This document shows positions 62,009-64,000 of a DNA stretch of 64,000 nt, piece after piece; the stretch's first letter is position 1, and the number at the start of each line of letters is the position of its first letter. The stretch spans positions 411,458 to 475,457 of the forward strand of contig CAVTJO010000006.1 of NCBI GenBank assembly GCA_963734955.1, read 5' to 3'. Under the pieces are notes generated by a model. It saw only the letters and a program-made list of their open reading frames with translations, was not told where the DNA came from and made no database searches. Origin of the DNA: an uncultured Bacteroidota bacterium. GTDB lineage: Bacteria > Bacteroidota > Ignavibacteria > UBA10030 > UBA6906. Position numbers and translations under genes: made by a program.

Positions 62009-62577
62009 TCTTTGATGTTGGCGGAGTGTTTTGAGCAGTATTCCACAATTGTTGCAATCTCAAGTGAGAACTCCCCCGACTGCTTTCCTGAAATCGTCAG
62101 TCCGAACGATTTGATGCTCTGAGTTCTTAGAGGTGGATGATCTAGAACAGGTCTGCCGCGGAACATCGGAATAAACCCGTCAAAAGGAAAAGACACCTCG
62201 ATCCACTCGTCTGATATTGTGGAGAACTTTGCCTGAAAAAGGACACCCTCGGCCGATCGATTGTCGGTGAGGTTCAACTTGTAGTTCTTCCCGTCACCTT
62301 TTACTGCAAGAATCAATCCGGCAAGCCCGTTGAGGTTGTGCTCTGTGCCAATCGTCCGCACCGAGGCAAACCCACCACCGTTGTCGAGCGAAACCGCCCC
62401 TGTAAAGAGTGCAGGTCCCGCTGCACGTTGTACCATCCTCCCTGATGAGGCCCCACCCATAACAATATCATTCACAGGCAGCCAGAGGTCCGCCTGGTGC
62501 GGTTCGGTAAAATCAAAGATGATCCGCCGCCTGGATCCCGGGGTAACGTCAACAGATGATTGATTGATCGTTGTCAT
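62005..62577 (-). CDS. CIA30 (complex I intermediate-associated protein 30)-like domain protein
   Basis: WLPVNDIVMGGASSG matches the CIA30 WxxxNDxVMGG motif. Overlaps the SDR gene. Confidence 0.7.
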   Translation of the reverse strand: MTTINQSSVDVTPGSRRRIIFDFTEPHQADLWLPVNDIVMGGASSGRMVQRAAGPALFTGAVSLDNGGGFASVRTIGTEHNLNGLAGLILAVKGDGKNYKLNLTDNRSAEGVLFQAKFSTISDEWIEVSFPFDGFIPMFRGRPVLDHPPLRTQSIKSFGLTISGKQSGEFSLEIATIVEYCSKHSANIKE

Positions 62578-62599
62578 GATGAATTGTCATTTGTTGGTG

Positions 62600-64000
62600 T
62601 CAGAATTCGGCGCTGACTCCGATTGAGGGGAGTATGCCGATTGCGCTTTCATTGAACTCGGCCCGTTGTTCGCGTGCATTCCATCGAACACCGCCGCTGA
62701 ACTTGTTATTGTAGACGTTCTGGACATCGAGATAGACGATGAGGTTCCATGCGGAGAAATTCCAGCGGCGATCAACTCGTATATCGAGACTATGAGCGCT
62801 TTTGACACGGAGTCTGTTATACGCTGAGACGTCCTGCGTCCCGTTCGGATTAAATGGCGTATATGGCTGACCGGTGGCAAACCGGAACTTCATGCTCGCT
62901 TCCCATCGTTCATCGAACCTGTACCCGGCACTAACATTGATGATGAACTCCTGGTCGAACGCTCCCTGGCGCTCAACTCCGTCGAGTGCAATGAAAGTTG
63001 TCCGCATCAAAGTAGCACTGAGAAGTCCGTAGAGAGGCGTATCAGAAAGCTTCTTTTGGATTAATAGCTCCACACCCCGTGATTGGCCCTTCCCTCCACT
63101 CACCAGCTCGTCAAACCCGAACGACGCAAAGTTGTCATCCGAGCCGCCGAAACCACCGCCTGTATTTGCAAGGACGAGATAGGGGCGGTTCACACTGGCC
63201 GGGTAATCCCGGTAGTCTTTGTAAAAACCCTCCAACCGCAACTTCAGGTCAAAATCGATCAGGTGGTCGATGCTGAGAATGTATTGATCTGCACGTGCTG
63301 CGCGCAAAGCCCGGTTCTTTTCATTTGCCACAAGCCAGACATACGACGGGTTTTGCCGGTAGACGCCCGCATTTGCCGTGACACTCGTGAGAGGTGAGAT
63401 ATCATACGCAATCGAGGCGCGCGGCGAAAGGTACGTCTTCATATCAATCAAGCTGAAATAGTCAAGCCTTCCCCCAACCGTAACCCTCAAATCATCGAGA
63501 AACCGGTGTGAGATCTGTGCATAGCCTGAAGCTTTGTATCCTGTCGAGACGAAGTTGCTGACATTGATGTCGAGGGATTCTCCAAATGTCGTCCGATACC
63601 TCGGAAGTGCAAGATCCGAAGTGAATCGGATCCCTTTCACCTGGGCGCCAAATGAAAGTTCAGTCGTGGTTGCAGGCTTCAACACAACATCAGTTCGCAG
63701 ACTTGTTTCCCCCTCTTTCGATCTGTTGGTAAAGATAGGGTTCAGTATTGAGTCGCGCTGAATGCCGTTGTAGCTTACGTAGGTCCGTCCCAAAGTAACA
63801 CGGGAAAATCCATTGCCAAGCAGGTGCTGCCACGTTACACCGCTGACGTATTGTCGCTGGGCTGTACCGAGAATGCGGGAATTATCAAACATGTTATCGG
63901 CGTCGCTGTTGAAAAAAGTCACATCATCAATCGCACCAACTGCAAGGAACGTCAAGCTATTGTTCCGGTCCAACCTGTAGGACATCCTGCCAAGGAAATC
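62600..64000 (-). CDS. TonB-dependent receptor (C-terminal beta-barrel portion; 5' end lies beyond the window)
   Basis: Barrel strand pattern and terminal ...GVSAEF*. The ORF is open to the window edge. Confidence 0.7.
   Translation of the reverse strand, partial: DFLGRMSYRLDRNNSLTFLAVGAIDDVTFFNSDADNMFDNSRILGTAQRQYVSGVTWQHLLGNGFSRVTLGRTYVSYNGIQRDSILNPIFTNRSKEGETSLRTDVVLKPATTTELSFGAQVKGIRFTSDLALPRYRTTFGESLDINVSNFVSTGYKASGYAQISHRFLDDLRVTVGGRLDYFSLIDMKTYLSPRASIAYDISPLTSVTANAGVYRQNPSYVWLVANEKNRALRAARADQYILSIDHLIDFDLKLRLEGFYKDYRDYPASVNRPYLVLANTGGGFGGSDDNFASFGFDELVSGGKGQSRGVELLIQKKLSDTPLYGLLSATLMRTTFIALDGVERQGAFDQEFIINVSAGYRFDERWEASMKFRFATGQPYTPFNPNGTQDVSAYNRLRVKSAHSLDIRVDRRWNFSAWNLIVYLDVQNVYNNKFSGGVRWNAREQRAEFNESAIGILPSIGVSAEF

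Noticed and set aside
1-64000. CRISPR arrays, transposases, integrases, rRNA genes
   Set aside because: No regularly spaced direct repeats and no IS/integrase-like ORFs were seen anywhere in the window, not even next to the tRNA-Pro repeat.

Overview
This 64 kb window looks like a gene-dense bacterial chromosome segment (about 55% GC). It is probably from a Bacteroidota-related (FCB-group) organism outside classical Bacteroidia. The basis is: two proteins with T9SS (type IX secretion) C-terminal sorting domains, a BshA-type glycosyltransferase, and folP-cdaA linkage. Three canonical TTGACA-17-TAnAnT promoter-like sites are also present.

Most of the window is housekeeping: mnmA, ackA, hbd, pcm, miaA, tRNA-Pro(CGG), tsaC, der, upp, relA/spoT, ruvX, mtgA, cmk-ispH-rpsA, mtaB, truA and comM. 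There is an ECF sigma / anti-sigma pair. A complete SUF iron-sulfur operon is present (Rrf2 regulator, a NifS/IscS-type desulfurase, sufBCDS, sufU, sufT, sufA), with a Pro/Ala-rich repeat protein gene embedded in it. Fe/Mn superoxide dismutase and an IscX homolog lie just downstream.

The most distinctive region follows tRNA-Pro. A ~590 bp segment is bounded by a degenerate direct repeat of the tRNA 3' end. After it comes a tightly packed six-gene operon (27450-36834) that encodes only exported or outer-membrane proteins: two lipoproteins, a CarboxypepD_reg-type TonB-dependent receptor, a T9SS-sorted protein, an outer-membrane beta-barrel and a lamin-tail-domain lipoprotein. I consider this operon a candidate undescribed surface system.

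At least seven conserved genes, including folP and der, are interrupted by 1-nt frameshifts that fall next to short homopolymers. The likeliest cause is sequence indel error. A 31-aa highly basic ORF with its own RBS and terminator is probably a real, unannotated small protein. No CRISPR array, transposase, integrase or rRNA was found.
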